A DNA stretch of 64,000 nucleotides from Dudresnaya verticillata. Lineage: Eukaryota. Numbering within the stretch: position 1 is the stretch's first letter; each line of letters starts with the position of its first letter. The translations under genes were made by a program, and so were the position numbers. Where the stretch lies: assembly GCA_977862235.1 (NCBI GenBank), contig OZ374557.1, positions 2,604,001 through 2,668,000 of the forward strand, given 5' to 3'. Shown piece after piece: positions 34,943-48,466 of the stretch. Under the pieces are notes generated by a model that worked only from the letters and a program-made list of their open reading frames with translations, did no database searches and was not told where the DNA came from.

Positions 34943-37813
34943 ATACAAAAAGCACAAACCCTTTTATTTTCTGCACTCTACACGTGTGTGTACATATGAA
35001 AATAGCTTAGCCGAGCAAACAAACGACAAGCAAGGCTACCGAGCACCCCCGCCCGGTCCACTGGACAGTCCACCAGGGTCTCGCGAACTGGTCCAGTCCG
35101 GGTCTGCAGGTCCCGGTCCAAATGGAATTTCTCCCTGTCCGTCGCGCCCTGCCGTCGCGCCCCGTCCAATGCATCCCCTCCGTCGCGAGCGCGCCCCCAC
35201 CCGGAACGTGGGAAATAGTAAGGGTACATTTGGGTGGGAGTGTTTGGGGTAGATGGGTCTACGGTGCACCGCGCTAGTGTAGGAGTGGAAGGAGCGGGTG
35301 TTTGGAGTTGGCGGAACACGTGGGTGGCTATGGAACGTCTGCGGCGGCGGTGAGGGCAGGAGCGTTACGCGTTACGCTATGGCGAGTAATTGCGGTAATT
35401 GTAACGCGACGGCAGAACTGAGAGGCCTGAGAGGGCGCGCCGTGGCATTTAGAGAGCCATACTGACTGCCGTCGCCGTCCTCCAGTACAGCGCTTTGAAA
35501 ATAGCAAAAAGGCCACTGTAAACGAGACTTTCAGAACCGATGACGTCTGTACCTTGAAGGCCACCCACGCGAAACAGGCACAGACGACTTCAAGATCGAA
35601 GAGAATGTTTAGAGACATAGACATAGTTTAGATTTATCGTCTTCGTGGCGCTCCTCCTTTGCGCAGTAAAATATGCAGCCTTGTACTTAAAGGTATTCAT
35701 GAACGGCATAGAGTATCGAACAAGTAAACACAACCTTTGTTACTGTACCAAGCACTTATTCATATTCGAAACTAGCTTAGTACGACGCGTGCCTCCCACA
35801 ACTAAAAGGGACCATCCTTCGGTAGTATTGAAGAGTCCTGTGGTGCATTCTATCGTGCCGACTCGAACGCAAACGCAAGCTACAAACCGGTGTCAGTACA
35901 AAAAACCACTACGGGGACGAGTACTTCGTTAATCAGGACAGCACAACTACTCATTGGCAATGCACATTTATCATAACAGCAGAGGTGCATTTTGAGCATG
36001 AAAAATGTACCTATCTACCCCGTTCGCGATTTTAATTGGCGGAGACGGGGTATAGCGGGTAGAAAGGTACACGTTTACATGTTAAAGTGTACCTCTGGTC
36101 ATTGGATGCACCCCTCTCCTACTTGAAACAATAAGTACCCGATCTCAAATATCTCTGTCCCTTTCATGTTCATCCTTCTCCTACCCACGGCAACTACGAA
36201 TAACTGTCTTCCTCACTATGCTTCGCACTAATAACAGTCTTGAGCACTGTCCGGACACGATAGGCGGGTCAGTGCAATGCAGAGAACGCAGTGTGGTGAA
36301 GTCTGCTTTGGAAAATATGCGCCGCAACGCACTGTTCGTTCAAGACGTCATTAACACTGATCCACGAGCCGGAAAAATATCACTGCTCCTCAGCGCAAAG
36401 TCATGCGGTAAGGACAACAGCTAAAGCTGGGACAGCCAAAACATCGTCGTACTTTGGGGCCCGAACGTGGTTGAAAACCAACGTGGGACGCTTGCGTCTC
36501 TTACCTAGACCCCAAATATTCTTCCTGGCCTGAGAAGAAGCGCTGTTCAAGGCAATATCGCAGATCAGGCTATTCCGTCCATTCGTGATGGAACTAGTAC
36601 CGATCAACCGGGTATAAGCCGGGTTGGTGACGCAACCATGGGAAACGAAATAGGCCGAGTGCAACCCGATCGAAACGCTGTTCAGTCCAATTCTTCAACG
36701 TTCCACATTCGGAATGAGGACGTAGCTAGATACATTTCTCTCATGCTTAGCGCAGCTGGTTTTCGTTCTCGGCAACGGAGTACTGACGTCGACAGTTTCG
36801 ATCTCATACCGAAAACAGTCCCCAACCAGGCTATAACTGCCGTCTTTGAAGCAAGAAAGAAGAGAATGAAAGATGAGGGACAAAGGACTTCTGGAATTAA
36901 GTATAACAGCATTTTCCCGAACGATGTTCGTGGGGAAAAGCGTCCTTCTCACGGTTGACACTGAGGAAGGGATTGAATGGTCGCCCATTTCAAGTTAACG
37001 GTTCTCAATCTGTGACGTTACAGATCAGCAAGGTGAGCAGAAATGGACGAGATGTTCACTACGCTCTCCTCTGAATTCTTCTCCAGAAGAATCCGAGACA
37101 TATCGCAGTGGATAAGATTTTAAGGGAGATTGCGCTCTCTGGATACGATAGAGAAGGATGCTCAGTTTGTCCTCGGAACTGTCCTGAGAAGCCAACTACA
37201 ACTTGCGATATTTTCCAAGACAATTTGCGAGTAATGAAGCTTGGGACTGGAAGAGTTGACCCGTTCCAAACACACGTCCTGGGCCGACCTGTTCCTTCCG
37301 GAAATATATCACTTCGGTTCTGCTCCATAACAGAGGGACACGATCTCACCTCTTTTTCTGGGACATGGAGTACAGACGACGAAAATCCAAGCATGGACAG
37401 CCTCCTTTGCGGTCCTGTGTCATGGCCGAAGAACAGTCTTGGGAACGTTAGGGGAAGGGAGAATATTTGGATACCGGGACCGCGATTCTTGTTGACTGGA
37501 AAGGTGTGGAAGTGAATGTTAAAACGCGTTTTGAACCCGGCTCCCTTCATGTTACTGGAGCAGTTCTCCTGGCCGATTTACACTGTGATATTGGCGCGGT
37601 TGACGACGACGGTTACGCTGAAGACATTAAGTAGCCCTACTTGGAATGATACAAGTCGAGAGAATTGAAGGATATGAGAGCTCTGCACTTTTCCGGTCAA
37701 AGAGTGCCGAAGCTAGTTACGGGTCTTCCTCCTTTCCAGGCTTTTCTCTGGCACAAAAGTCGGATTGAATGCATTCAGTCCACAGGTTGATTTTCAATAG
37801 TTGCGAGTACCTA

Positions 37814-38297
37814 GGACGCATGCATCTCACTCGTTCGTAATGGACTGTAGTTTTGAAAGGGAAGTCAAAATAATGAGTATAAAGGTTGATTTGTCATTAA
37901 GATGGAAAACAGTGCGACGCACACGTCTCTAAAAACCGCATACGCCCCACTCTTTCACAATGGGATACAATTATGACCTTCCGGACATAGCTTCATATAC
38001 ACGCGGCGTCAGTCAGAGACGCGTGCGTCTGAGTAAAAAAATACTTTCTATTTTTGTGCTCTGAGACGCGTGCGTCTCAGTAAGAAAATTATAATTTTAT
38101 CAGTCAAAGACGCGTGCGTCTCAGAAAAAATGAGATTTATTTTTCTTAGATTAAAAACTGAATTGCTGCTTGCTGCATATTTGCGGAATTCTATTTCTTA
38201 TATACTTCTGTGGGACGCATGCGCCCCTTTCCCGTCTACCTAAAATTCAATCCCATTTTTGGTTCCGTAGGACGCATGCGCCGCATGCATCTTAAAG
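37814..38297. repeat. Array of GACGC(A/G)TGCGTC-type palindromes in AT-rich DNA; probable subterminal region of a DNA transposon
   Basis: About 7 copies, e.g. CTGAGACGCGTGCGTCTCAG at 38061, AGACGCGTGCGTCT at ~38017 and ~38108, GGACGCATGCGCC at ~38213 and ~38270. Confidence 0.65.
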
Positions 38298-38303
38298 AAA
38301 TAC

Positions 38304-39077
38304 TGTAGTATAGCTGTCAGCACGCTAGTAGCAGCAGCTGTAAGGTATGCTGGCAGCGCCGCACTTCAATGGTGCACACGATGACGCCCGCTGGCGAGTC
38401 GTGGTTGGGCAGCGTGCCCTTAGTTTTTTCGTTGATTTAGTAGCGGTCGACCGCATTGCTGCCGGAAGCGGCCGCGCGCCGTGCCACACACGGCGCGCCC
38501 CTGTGACGCTCTCCGGCGCTGAGCCGTTGAGAGGGCCGCTGCCCGTTACGCCCCGCGTGCGCCCACGGGTAACCGTTACCCCGACGTGTCGACACGTGTA
38601 TGGGCGCGCGCTCGCACACCTCCCGCGTTGGTGTTGTGGGGCGCATGTACTGTAGAAGTAGTCGTAGTGCACATAGTGTAGGGTATTTAAGACCGTCGGC
38701 CATCGACGGCTCAGTAAACCGGGCAAGCAACAGCTCGTGCTGAAGCTTGCCCCCAGCCTTTCCGGGTTCGATCCCTTTGCCTTACGCGAGCGGGCGGTTT
38801 CCCTTTTTCCCCTTGCCCCGCTAGCCTTTCCCCTTTCCTTTTCCTTTCCGTCGGCTTCGTGCCGCCCTTCGACAGGGACGCTGGGACCCGGCCGCTGCCT
38901 ACCCGCGTACGGTACGCCCCGTGCGCGCTCCGGCATCGACGCCATCGATCCGCACCTGCGGAGCGCACGCGGCCGACACTGCTCTACCAACCCCAACAGC
39001 TACCCATCGACGGGTCTGTGTGGCGGCTTCGGACCAGCAAGTATCAGATGTCGGATCGACCCGACGTCTATACTACA
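38304..39077 (+). repeat. E5 5' LTR
   Basis: TGTAGTATAG...CTATACTACA; direct repeat of 48467-49240. Confidence 0.97.
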
Positions 39078-39144
39078 CTGGTCTCCCGACCTATAAGTCG
39101 TCGAGACCCAAATACTTCTCGCATCGACGCGATCGAAGTAAAGG

Positions 39145-41377
39145 ATGTCGAGTCCTCCTGGCCCGGCCGCTGCCGGAAGCGTTGAGGACGCGACTCGTCG
39201 CTCCTCAATACTGAGTACCATCGGCGTCTCAGGTACTCCTCTATACGATGTGAGGCTCGAGCGGAGGGCCGCGCTGCAAAAGGCCCTCGCCGGGAGTCTG
39301 GTCTCGGTGGCCGACCTCCAGCTGCTGTATGAGGAGACCATGGACTCGCGAGCCGAGATGTACGACCACCTTACAGCTTCGATAGCTGCGGCGAAGGCCG
39401 ATGGCCAGCAAGACCTGGACACGCTTCGACGCGGTCCTTTGGCGTCCATCGAGGACGGAATAAGCCGGTCACAGGGGCTCCTCGATGAGCTACGCCGCCG
39501 CGTTGAGTGGATAGAGCGCGCGCCGACGCGGCAACTCCAGCGGGCTACTGGCCCGTCGTCGGTGCAGCGCTCTCCTCCGCGACCGTAGTCACCAGCGGGT
39601 GCAGTTCAAGGATTGGCCGCTGCCATACTTGCCGAGCAACGAGCTCAGCATCGCTTTCCTTCACCACCGCCATCTCCACCGAGGAGTGCGGCGGGGCCAC
39701 ACCATCCGAGTGGGGACCCCAATCCGTTCAACGGGGTCGACCCCAGGTTGCTCCAACAAGCCCTCGACGGGCAAAACTCAAAGGGGGGACCGACCCCCCG
39801 ACAGCACGAGGGCCCCGTCTCTGCTTATTGGCATTGGAGCCGACTCATGGCAGGCATCGAGCCTTTAACCACGTTGGTGCCAGAGTTCGCTAAGGCGATC
39901 GACTACCGCTCGTACCGTCTCGATGACGTAGATCAGCGGGACAATCAACAGTAGGTGTGCAGCGTCAAAACTGCGAAGATTGTCAGCCGCATGAAGGCCC
40001 TGATGCCCCAGCTCGACCGGTTCGACGGCAAGGAGCCGATTCGCCTGCTTGGTGTTCTTCGACAGCTACGCCAAGCATTCAATGGCGTTGCACTATCCGA
40101 AGGCGCAGCGGTGCGCGTGATGTCCTGGTTCCTCGATGGAACCGCGTCGCAGGTGTACTCGAGTCACCTGTTCTCTGGGGTGCGCACAACGCAGCGCGGC
40201 ACCCCACCCTGCTGGGTCTCGGTGGTCAATACCCTCGTCGAGAGGTTCGTCACGGACGACGTCATCGCAGACGCCCATGACCGGCTGACCACCGCCAAGC
40301 AGAGGGACGCCGAGTCCGAGTTTGAGTTCGATACTCGCCTCGAAGGGTATGCGGACGCCTGCGCTGGCGTGTACTCCGATGAGAACTTGACGCATCAGTT
40401 CCTTCGGGGCCTGCTGCCCACGACAAGACCCGCAGTGGCGGAGAAGGTCAAGCTATCCCCGCGGGGACGTTGCTATCGACAGCACAATGCTGGTGGGCCC
40501 CGACGCCGACGGGTTCGAACCTGTGATGGTCGCGCCCGCGTTATCGACAGCCGGGTCAAACGAGGCCGTTGAGACCCTCGAAATTACAGGACGCATCGAC
40601 GCGGTCCTACCCAAGCGCATACCACCGCTCACTCCAACGCAGGAGGCGATGGCACGCGCAGTCATCCCTGATCGACAGGGATGGTACATCTGCTGGTTCT
40701 GCCGCGAGGTCGAACACATCATGTATTCGTGCCCGTACCTCACGAAGGAACAGCAGACGTACTGCGCGAATGCGAACTGCAACCATCGAATGGAAACGCA
40801 GCCGCATTCACGCAATATGCTCCAACAGCTCATCGACGAGCGCGCGCCAGCGGGCGCAAGGACAAGGAGCCCCGCACGGCACTACGATGCAACGCGGGAT
40901 GGAGACCGACGCTTCGACGCGAGAGGTCCCCCGCAGCGCAAGGTCTCACCAAGGTACCGCGGAGAGCTACAGGAGTACCACGGGGATCGTCGAGACCCAC
41001 GCCGCGAGTACTGCCAAGGCGACGCACCGCGGTTCCTGCTGCGCGATAAGCGGGTCGGCTTCGACGAGCCCGCTGGCCGTCAACCTCAGTCATCGACGCC
41101 TCCGAGGGCCGACCCGCGCCGCGAACTGCTCCGAGCAGTTATGACGGTGCAGGAGCACACCGGCCTCACCGCCGACGAGTGGCTTCCGCAAGCGCTCGAC
41201 GCGCGGCACAAAGGAGAGAAAGCCAGCGGGCAGGGAAGCGATTCCCCTCTCCTTTTTGACACGCCTCCGCGATCGACGCGAGGTGCCTCAGGGGTTACGA
41301 AACACCCAATCGGAATCGAGCACGAAAGTTCGGATTCCGAGGATAATTCTGACCGGGTCGATCCGGAAAAAGAATAA
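39145..41377 (+). pseudogene. gag: E5 gag
   Basis: ORF pieces 39145-39588, 39613-39954, 39955-40572, 40487-41377; motifs IDYRSYRL, FDGKEPIRLL; knuckle CWFCREVEHIMYSC. Confidence 0.88.
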
Positions 41378-44300
41378 AGGCGGCGCCGCTCGTGCGGTCG
41401 CGCGCACCGTCTTGTTCAACACCAGACCCACCGTCCCTTTCACCTTCGACGGCGTTGGGGGCAGCGAGCCCCCACGTCGAGCGCAGCGGCGCTTCGAAGG
41501 ACACGAACGACGTCCCGGTCGACGGGACGTCGTGGGCGACGCGCACCAAACCACCCTGGCCGCCGCGGCGTCGACGCAAGCGACAGGCCAGGCGGAAAGG
41601 GCGCAGCTCCCCGACGGCGGGACAGGCGGTACCTGACGCTCGACGCGAGGGTACCGGGGCTCCCTGCATCGACGCAGAGCCGGCCACTAACCCCGATGGG
41701 TACGTGTGCCTCCTGTCCTCCGAGATTTACCGAGTGTCCGGGTCCCTCGGTGCGGACCCGCGGGTTATGATACCCCACACCATCGCGGTGGACACCGGCT
41801 CCGGGTACAATCTCATCGCTCGAGGTGCCCTGCCCGCAGGCTGGGAGGAAAAAGCGTCAGAGATCGACTCCGCGCCACACCTGGCAGGCGCCGACAAGAA
41901 TCCGCTGAGGCTGTCCGGCGTCGTCCACCTCTCGATGAGGTTGGGGAACACGACGTTCCGCGTGCCTTTCATCGTCGCCGACACGCTCGCGGTCGACGTA
42001 CTGATAGGCACGCAGTTCATCAACGCGCAAGTGCGCGGAATAGACGTCGAGTCGAGAAGGCTGACGCTGAGGAAAGGAGGCTCGGTGCCCATCCTCAGCC
42101 GCAGGGACCCTAGCGAGGGAACCGGTCCGGCAACGCAGCCGAAGAACCCGTCGAAGGGTTTGTCGAAGAAGCACCAGTGGGAGCTCCTCGACTGGGATCA
42201 CGATACCCACACCATACGCCTCGCTAGACAGGTGGTTGTCCCAGCCTACTCGCAGAGGCTCGTCTCGGTGACGTCGGGGGGTAGTGGGTTAATCCACACG
42301 GAGCCCAAAGCCTCGTTGCAGTTCCGCCACGGCGTGAGACTGACCAACGGGGTGCACGACATCGAGTCGGGGCGACCCTTCGGGGTTATCTTGGGCAACT
42401 GGGCGGACAAATCCCGGACCCTACCGAAGGGTACCGTGACTGGCTATGCGGTCCGCAACCCAGTCGCCCTAATAACCCCGGACCGCGACGTCGCGGAAGA
42501 GTTCGGGAGGGTGATGAATATCACCACCCTTCCCCACAAAGGGCAGCGGCCCAGGGGTAAGGGGAGCAACGACCCCCCAGTCACGCCGTCGATGGCAAGG
42601 GGCCCCGAGCCCACAAAGCGCCAAGGGGCAGCAACCGCAGCGGCGGAGAAAAGAGAGTCCGTCGAGGACTGGGAGTTGCAGGTGGACCTTTCGTCTATCG
42701 AAGACAAGGTCACCCGCGAAGAAGTCCTCGCCATGCTTCGGAAGCATCAGTCCATGTGGGACGGGAGGCCAGGCACGATTGCCGCTACGCAACACCAAAT
42801 CGACGTGGAACCCGGCACGCGGCCGATTCGCTCAATGCCTTATCGACAGGGCCCCGCTATGCGGAAGCTCGTACAGAACGAGGTCGAGACCATGCTGCGT
42901 GCAGGGGTAATCGAACCCGCCACATCGGAGTGGGCATCGCCAGTCGTTCTGGCGCCCAAGAAGGATGCCACGCTCAGGTTTTGTGTGGACTATCGACGTC
43001 TTAACACCAAAACCCTGAGCGATGCGTACCCACTCCCACGCATGGATGACTGTATCGACAGTCTTGGCGACGCTGCCATTTTCTCCACGCTGGATTGTAA
43101 CGCGGGGTACCGGCAAATCCCTGTCGCAGCGGCTGACAGGGATAAGACCACGTTCACGACGTTCCTAGGGACGTTCCGCTACCTGCGGATGCCCTTCGGC
43201 CTGAAGAACGCCCCTGCGACTTTCCAGGGTGCACTGGACATCATATTCAGCGGAGTTAGATGGCAGTGTTGTTTGATCTATCTCGATGATGTGATCATAT
43301 TCTCGCGGTCGATTGCGGAGCAAGGCGGTCACCTAGACCGCGTGCTGACTCTGCTTCGCAAGGGCGGCGTGTCCCTGAAGCTGAAGAAGTGCCACTTCTT
43401 CCAGTCCCGCGTGGACTACCTCGGTCACGTGATCGAGCCGGGGAAGCTACGCATGGCGAAGACAGGCATCGACGCGTTCCACCATGCGCAGTTCCCGACC
43501 TCCCTAACGAAGGTGAGGTCGTTCCTCGGGGCGTGTAACGTTTATCGCCGCTTCGTCAGGAACTTCGCGAAGATCGCTCGTCCGCTGACGGATATGACCC
43601 GCAAGGATGCGGATGTGGATTTCGATAATCCAAGCGCAGCGGCGCTAGAGGCATTTGAGACGCTGCGAGCGACACTCTTATCGCCTCCTATCCTACGGCT
43701 CCCTCGCGAGGGCAAGCCGTACGTCCTCTACACGGACGCATCGGCGTACCAGCTCGGATGCGCCCTGCTCCAGGAGCAAGAGGACGGCCAGTTAGACCCC
43801 GTTGGGTACCGGTCTTACTCACTAAGCTCAGCGGAGCGAAACTACTCGGCCATGGAGCGCGAGTGCTTTTCAGTGGTGTAGTCGATCACAACCCTGCGTC
43901 CCTACATCGAAGGGACCCGGTTCACGGTACGAACCGACCATGACGCCTTGCGCTGGCTCATGTCTTTGACCGATTCGTCCGGTCGCCTCACCCGCTGGCG
44001 GTTACGACTCGCGGAATTCGACTTCCAGATCGAGTACCGCCCGAGTAGGGTACACCAGGTGCCGGACGCGCTGTCCCGCCTGGTGAGGCCTCGATGACAG
44101 CAAGAGGAGGTTGACGACGACGTCCCTACCTACGACCCCCCGGCGGTCGACCGCCAGAAGGAGGGTTCCTCAATTACCGAACCCAAGGCACCGCCGGTCT
44201 TGCTCACCACGCGGTCCCAAGCTAACGCGTCGACACGGAAGGCGCCGGATCGACCGGCTGCAGTGCACGGCACTGGCAGAGAAGCGAAGGAGCCCTCGGA

Positions 44301-45925
44301 CAGCGAAGAGCCACCGGGGCTTGCCGACGACGAAGCCTGGGACGAATGCGAGGACGTCGACCTCTTCGACCTTGGCCGCATCGACGCGAGCCAAGAGCCG
44401 ACGGACCTCACCCAGGTCGAACCGGTGAAGTTCCTTTCACCAATAACCGTCGAGGAATTGGTGGATGCGCAGCGGCGCGATTCTTCTTGCCAAACAGTGT
44501 TGGCACGGCAGTCCCGTCGACAGCATAGCCACTTCTTCGAGGACGAGGATGGGCTCTTGTGCCGGCGTCACCCCGTCATCTCCTCTTTGGAGCGAATAGT
44601 GGAGCCCGAAGCGCTACAGCCGTGGCTTCTCACGCTCGCGCACCACTCCTCCTGGCTGGCCACCCTGGCCAGAACAGGATGTTCTACACGCTCCGCGAGA
44701 GCTACTACTGGCCACACATGTCAGCGGACATAGCCATGACAGTTCGGAACTGTCGGCACTGTGCCAGGAACCGCATACGCTTGCGGAGGTCCCTTCATCA
44801 GTTGAAGTTGTTCCCGGCCACGAGGCCGCTCGAGTCGCTCGCGATCGATATCCTAGGGCCGCTGCCCAAGACGAAGTCAGGAAAGCGATTCCTGCTCGTC
44901 ATGACGGATCGATTCACGAAGCTGACTCAAGTAGCGCCGCTTCGCACCATCACGGCGTACCACGTCGCAGTGGCGTTCTGTGAGAGGTGATTCTTCCACT
45001 ATGGACCACCAAGGTCTCTGTTGTTCGACAACGGGAAGCAATTCACCTCTAAGTTCTTTCAGGTAGTGTACCGCTACCTGCGCCTGAACAACATGTTCAC
45101 GTCCGCCTACCACCCGCAGGCGAACGGTCAGGTTGAGCGCTGCAACCGGACCGTCATAGCCATGTTGAGGAATTACATCAACGATCACCAGGACGACTGG
45201 GATCGATACGCAGCGGCGTTGACGTATTCCTACAACTGCCATGTCCATCGCACGACGCGGACGACACCCTTCAGCCTCGTGCTGTCCCGGCCGCCGCGGA
45301 GTTCACTAAGTTTCAGAAGGCAGCGACCAGACCGAAACCTTGTGAGGACGTGCGCGCCGACTTTCTCAAGCGGCTCGACGCCGCCTTCGCAAGCGCATCG
45401 AGCGCTCTCGACAAAACGCAGCGGCGTGACAAGAAAGACTTTTACAAGCGTGTCAGAAAAGTCAACGCCCGCATTCGAGCGGGAGACTACGTCTTCATCG
45501 ATGCGAGCGACGGGGTTAAGAAATCCAAGAAGCTCCAGAGCACAGCGATAGGGCCCTACCGCGTGCTGCTTAACGACAAGCGCACGCTGTTTATCGACAG
45601 AGGCTGCTTGGTCGAACGCATCGCAGCGGACCGCGCCGTCTACTGTCCCCAGCCGCTGCGGGAGGATACTGCGCAGCGCAGCGCATACTTACCTACCACT
45701 GAGGAACTCGTGTCCAAAGCCGTCGACGACCCGCGGTTAGATAAGGTCCTTGACCACGGCACGACCGACGATGACACGCTCGTGTTCAAGGTGAAGTGGA
45801 CCGGCTATCGCACGCCGACGTGGGAGCCACGTTCCCATCTCCCCGAGGAGATGGTGAGCCACTACTTCGGATCGCAGCGGCGGCGAAACACCAACCGGCT
45901 CGAAGCCGTTCGCTCCTCCTCATAA
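41378..45925 (+). pseudogene. pol: E5 pol (PR-RT-RH-INT-chromodomain), -1 frame relative to gag
   Basis: 829-aa ORF with VDTGSG, LRFCVDYRRLN, YLDDV, YTDAS; integrase HPGQ..C..C, YHPQANGQVER; chromodomain FKVKWTGY..PTWEP. Confidence 0.95.
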
Positions 45926-47431
45926 CCCCTCGGCGGAGGCGCCTCGCACTTGAGGAGGGGGCCGTAGGCATTCGTTGCCTTTTTTCGAAGGCAATCGATG
46001 CCTCACCCTACCCTGCACTGGGCACCGAGCCCAGACAAGTCACCCTTGCGCCAGCGGCAGCGGCAGCAGCGCAAGAGGGGGCAGCAGAACGCTGATTCCG
46101 GCGCATTGACGCGCACAGGGCGGCTGCCAGCAAACCAAGCCAGGGGCAGCGGCCCCGGGTGGTCACAAGCATTCGCTAGTGGCGATGAGACACAGCCGCT
46201 ACCTCGCCTTCGCGCGTGACAGGCGTCGACACCTCACGCACGCCAGGTAAGGGGCGCTAACCAGCGGCTACCGAAGCCGCTAACCGGCGCCGCGCATGCG
46301 GCGCTGCCTTCTCTCACGCCAGTGCAACCCAACGCGCCAGCCGCAGCGGCTGCTGAGCGAGGAGGGGTCACACCAGCGTGAGTGCAGAGCGGGCGCGTCG
46401 ACGCGCCCAAGGCCGTCGCTATCGAAGCGAAGCGGTGTGGGGAAAAGGGCGGCGGCCCGATCGCCATCTCACCCGGGTGCACCGAAGTGCGGTTGCACTC
46501 GATGTGCAACGGCACCCCAAAAGCGTGCGTCACTTTTGGCGTGCGTCCCGGCGCGGGTCACACGCGGCGCATCGAGCGCGAAAAGGGTTGCGGCTACAGT
46601 AAGTACTGTAGCGGGGGGTTGGGAAACACGCAACGAGGCCAGCGGGCCGGAAGGCAACAGCCAATGCAAGGGGTTGCGAAAAATCCCCAGCCAACGATTG
46701 GCTATAATTTGGGCGCAAACCGCCTCCCGGCGGGAGCAACAGCAGCGGCTGATCGAGTAGCTAGAAGCGGCGCGCAGCCGTCACGTGGGTGCGAGGCAGC
46801 GGCCTCGCCGAAGCTAGCCGCAGTGGCACCAGGCGCCCAAGACGGGCGCGCAAGGGCAACCACTGTGGCCTCCCCCATGCAAAGGCGACATGCCGCGCAG
46901 CAGCGCTGGGGAGCCACATGGGATCGGCACGCTTGCCCATTGCACCTGACCAGCGGCTCACGCAAGCCCCGCGTCGAGACGACCGCTGTCGTAGCGCAGT
47001 GGCGATGCGCGCGGGCTCGACGCGGGCGCGCGCAGCACTCACCGTGGGCAGCGGCCCGATGTGGTGAGCTGCTGCGCTGGCGAACGCTTTCGCCAAAAGA
47101 AGTTCGCATCGACGCGGGCCGAAGCCATATCCCACCCCTTTCCCTTTTAACATGTCTATAGACGCAGCGGCGTAACTGGACTAAAAGGCGCAGCGGCGCT
47201 CTAATCGCTGGGTGCCGCGGCGCCCACGAACTCTATGCGTCGATCGCATTATTGGGCAGCGTTGCCCCCGGCCCCCGCTTCCGGCTGAGCAGTCGTCGAC
47301 GACGCAAAGCCAGGGGCGGAGGGGTCATAGCCGGTCACCTCGGCCGCAGCGCGGGGCTGAGTTGGCGCAGCAGCGCCCACCGCGGTACCCAACGCGTGGT
47401 ACACCGCTGCGGCGCCAGCGGCAGCGGCTGT

Positions 47432-47940
47432 TTACCCGGCGGGGCTCACTTGCCCCACTGGGGGACCATAATCCTGCGAAAAGTAGCCCAGGGGGACGGG
47501 CGCAGCGGCGCCCGGCTGCTGTGGGACTCCATCTCCCTGCACCACCATCGACGGGGTGTAGCCGGAGGGTCCCCATGGGAGCATATGGCCAGCGGGCCCG
47601 GCGGCATAAGGCAGCATCGGTTGCTGCGCAGCCTGCGCTGGCGCATACGACGGCATCGGCTGCTGCGTCGGCGCCAGCGTTGGGTGCGGCTGATACTCCT
47701 CTCGTGGCCGCTTGCCGAGGGATAAAACGACTGGGGACGAGCGGGCAGCGCGCCTCAGCTCCCCCTGCAGTCGTTGCGCATCGTGTGCAAACCCATCCTG
47801 CTCGTTGCGGTAGCGGAAGGCGATGGCGTTCGCAGCGGCGAGGTCGTCATGAGTCTCCGCTAGAAGCGTCGCAAAGGCTGTAACAAGAGTGCGCAGCGGC
47901 GCGTCCTCACCGAGTTTCAATACCGCAGCGGCTGAATTAA
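47432..47940 (-). pseudogene. aORF remnant of E5 (C-terminal coiled-coil and Pro/Gln tail only)
   Basis: DDLAAANAIAFRYRNEQDGFAHDAQRLQGELRR...KRPREEYQP aligns with aORF3 EDVNASNAVAV*YRDERDGFAREVQRLRGEVQR...KRLREEYQP. Confidence 0.8.
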
Positions 47941-48466
47941 TTGCGAAGGTGCACTTCCTACTCCGGCAGTGGAAGGGTACCTGACGACGGAATGCCGCGG
48001 CGTCAGGCGCGTCGAGCGCCGTGTGTGTCGCAAGGAGCGTGCGCGTCGAGCGCCGCGGATTACAGTGCACCGCGTGTACACGGGCGCGTCGAGCGCCGTG
48101 TGCGTGGCATTGCGCGTGCGCGTCGAGCGCCGCGGAATATAGGGCACTCACGCAAACAGGCGAATCTAGCATTGTGCGCACGCGGGCGTGCGTGCGCCTC
48201 GTGCGCTACGCATCGAGATCACGGCAGCGGCCGATATCGGGCGGGAAAACTCGGCGCAGAAATTGCACGGCTAATCGCATGGCCCGTGCGTTTCGTGCGC
48301 CGAGCTCGCGCACGCGTACGCACCTTTCAAATTTGGGCAGCGAAGCCCGTTGTGCGCATCGAGCGCCACGTGCGCCTCCAGCACCGCGCGCGCGCACCGT
48401 GCATCCCTTTTGACTTGGGAAACCTCAACGGCCGTGAGCGGGGCGCTCACGCTTGAGGGGGGGCCG

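Noticed and set aside
37814..38297. Spaced palindromic repeats as a CRISPR array
   Set aside because: Repeat length and spacing are irregular, there are no cas genes, and the context is eukaryotic.
38325..38996. 223-aa ORF repeated at 48491-49159 and partly at 8007-8673
   Set aside because: Entirely within GC-rich LTR copies; broken in the third copy and without protein-like features.
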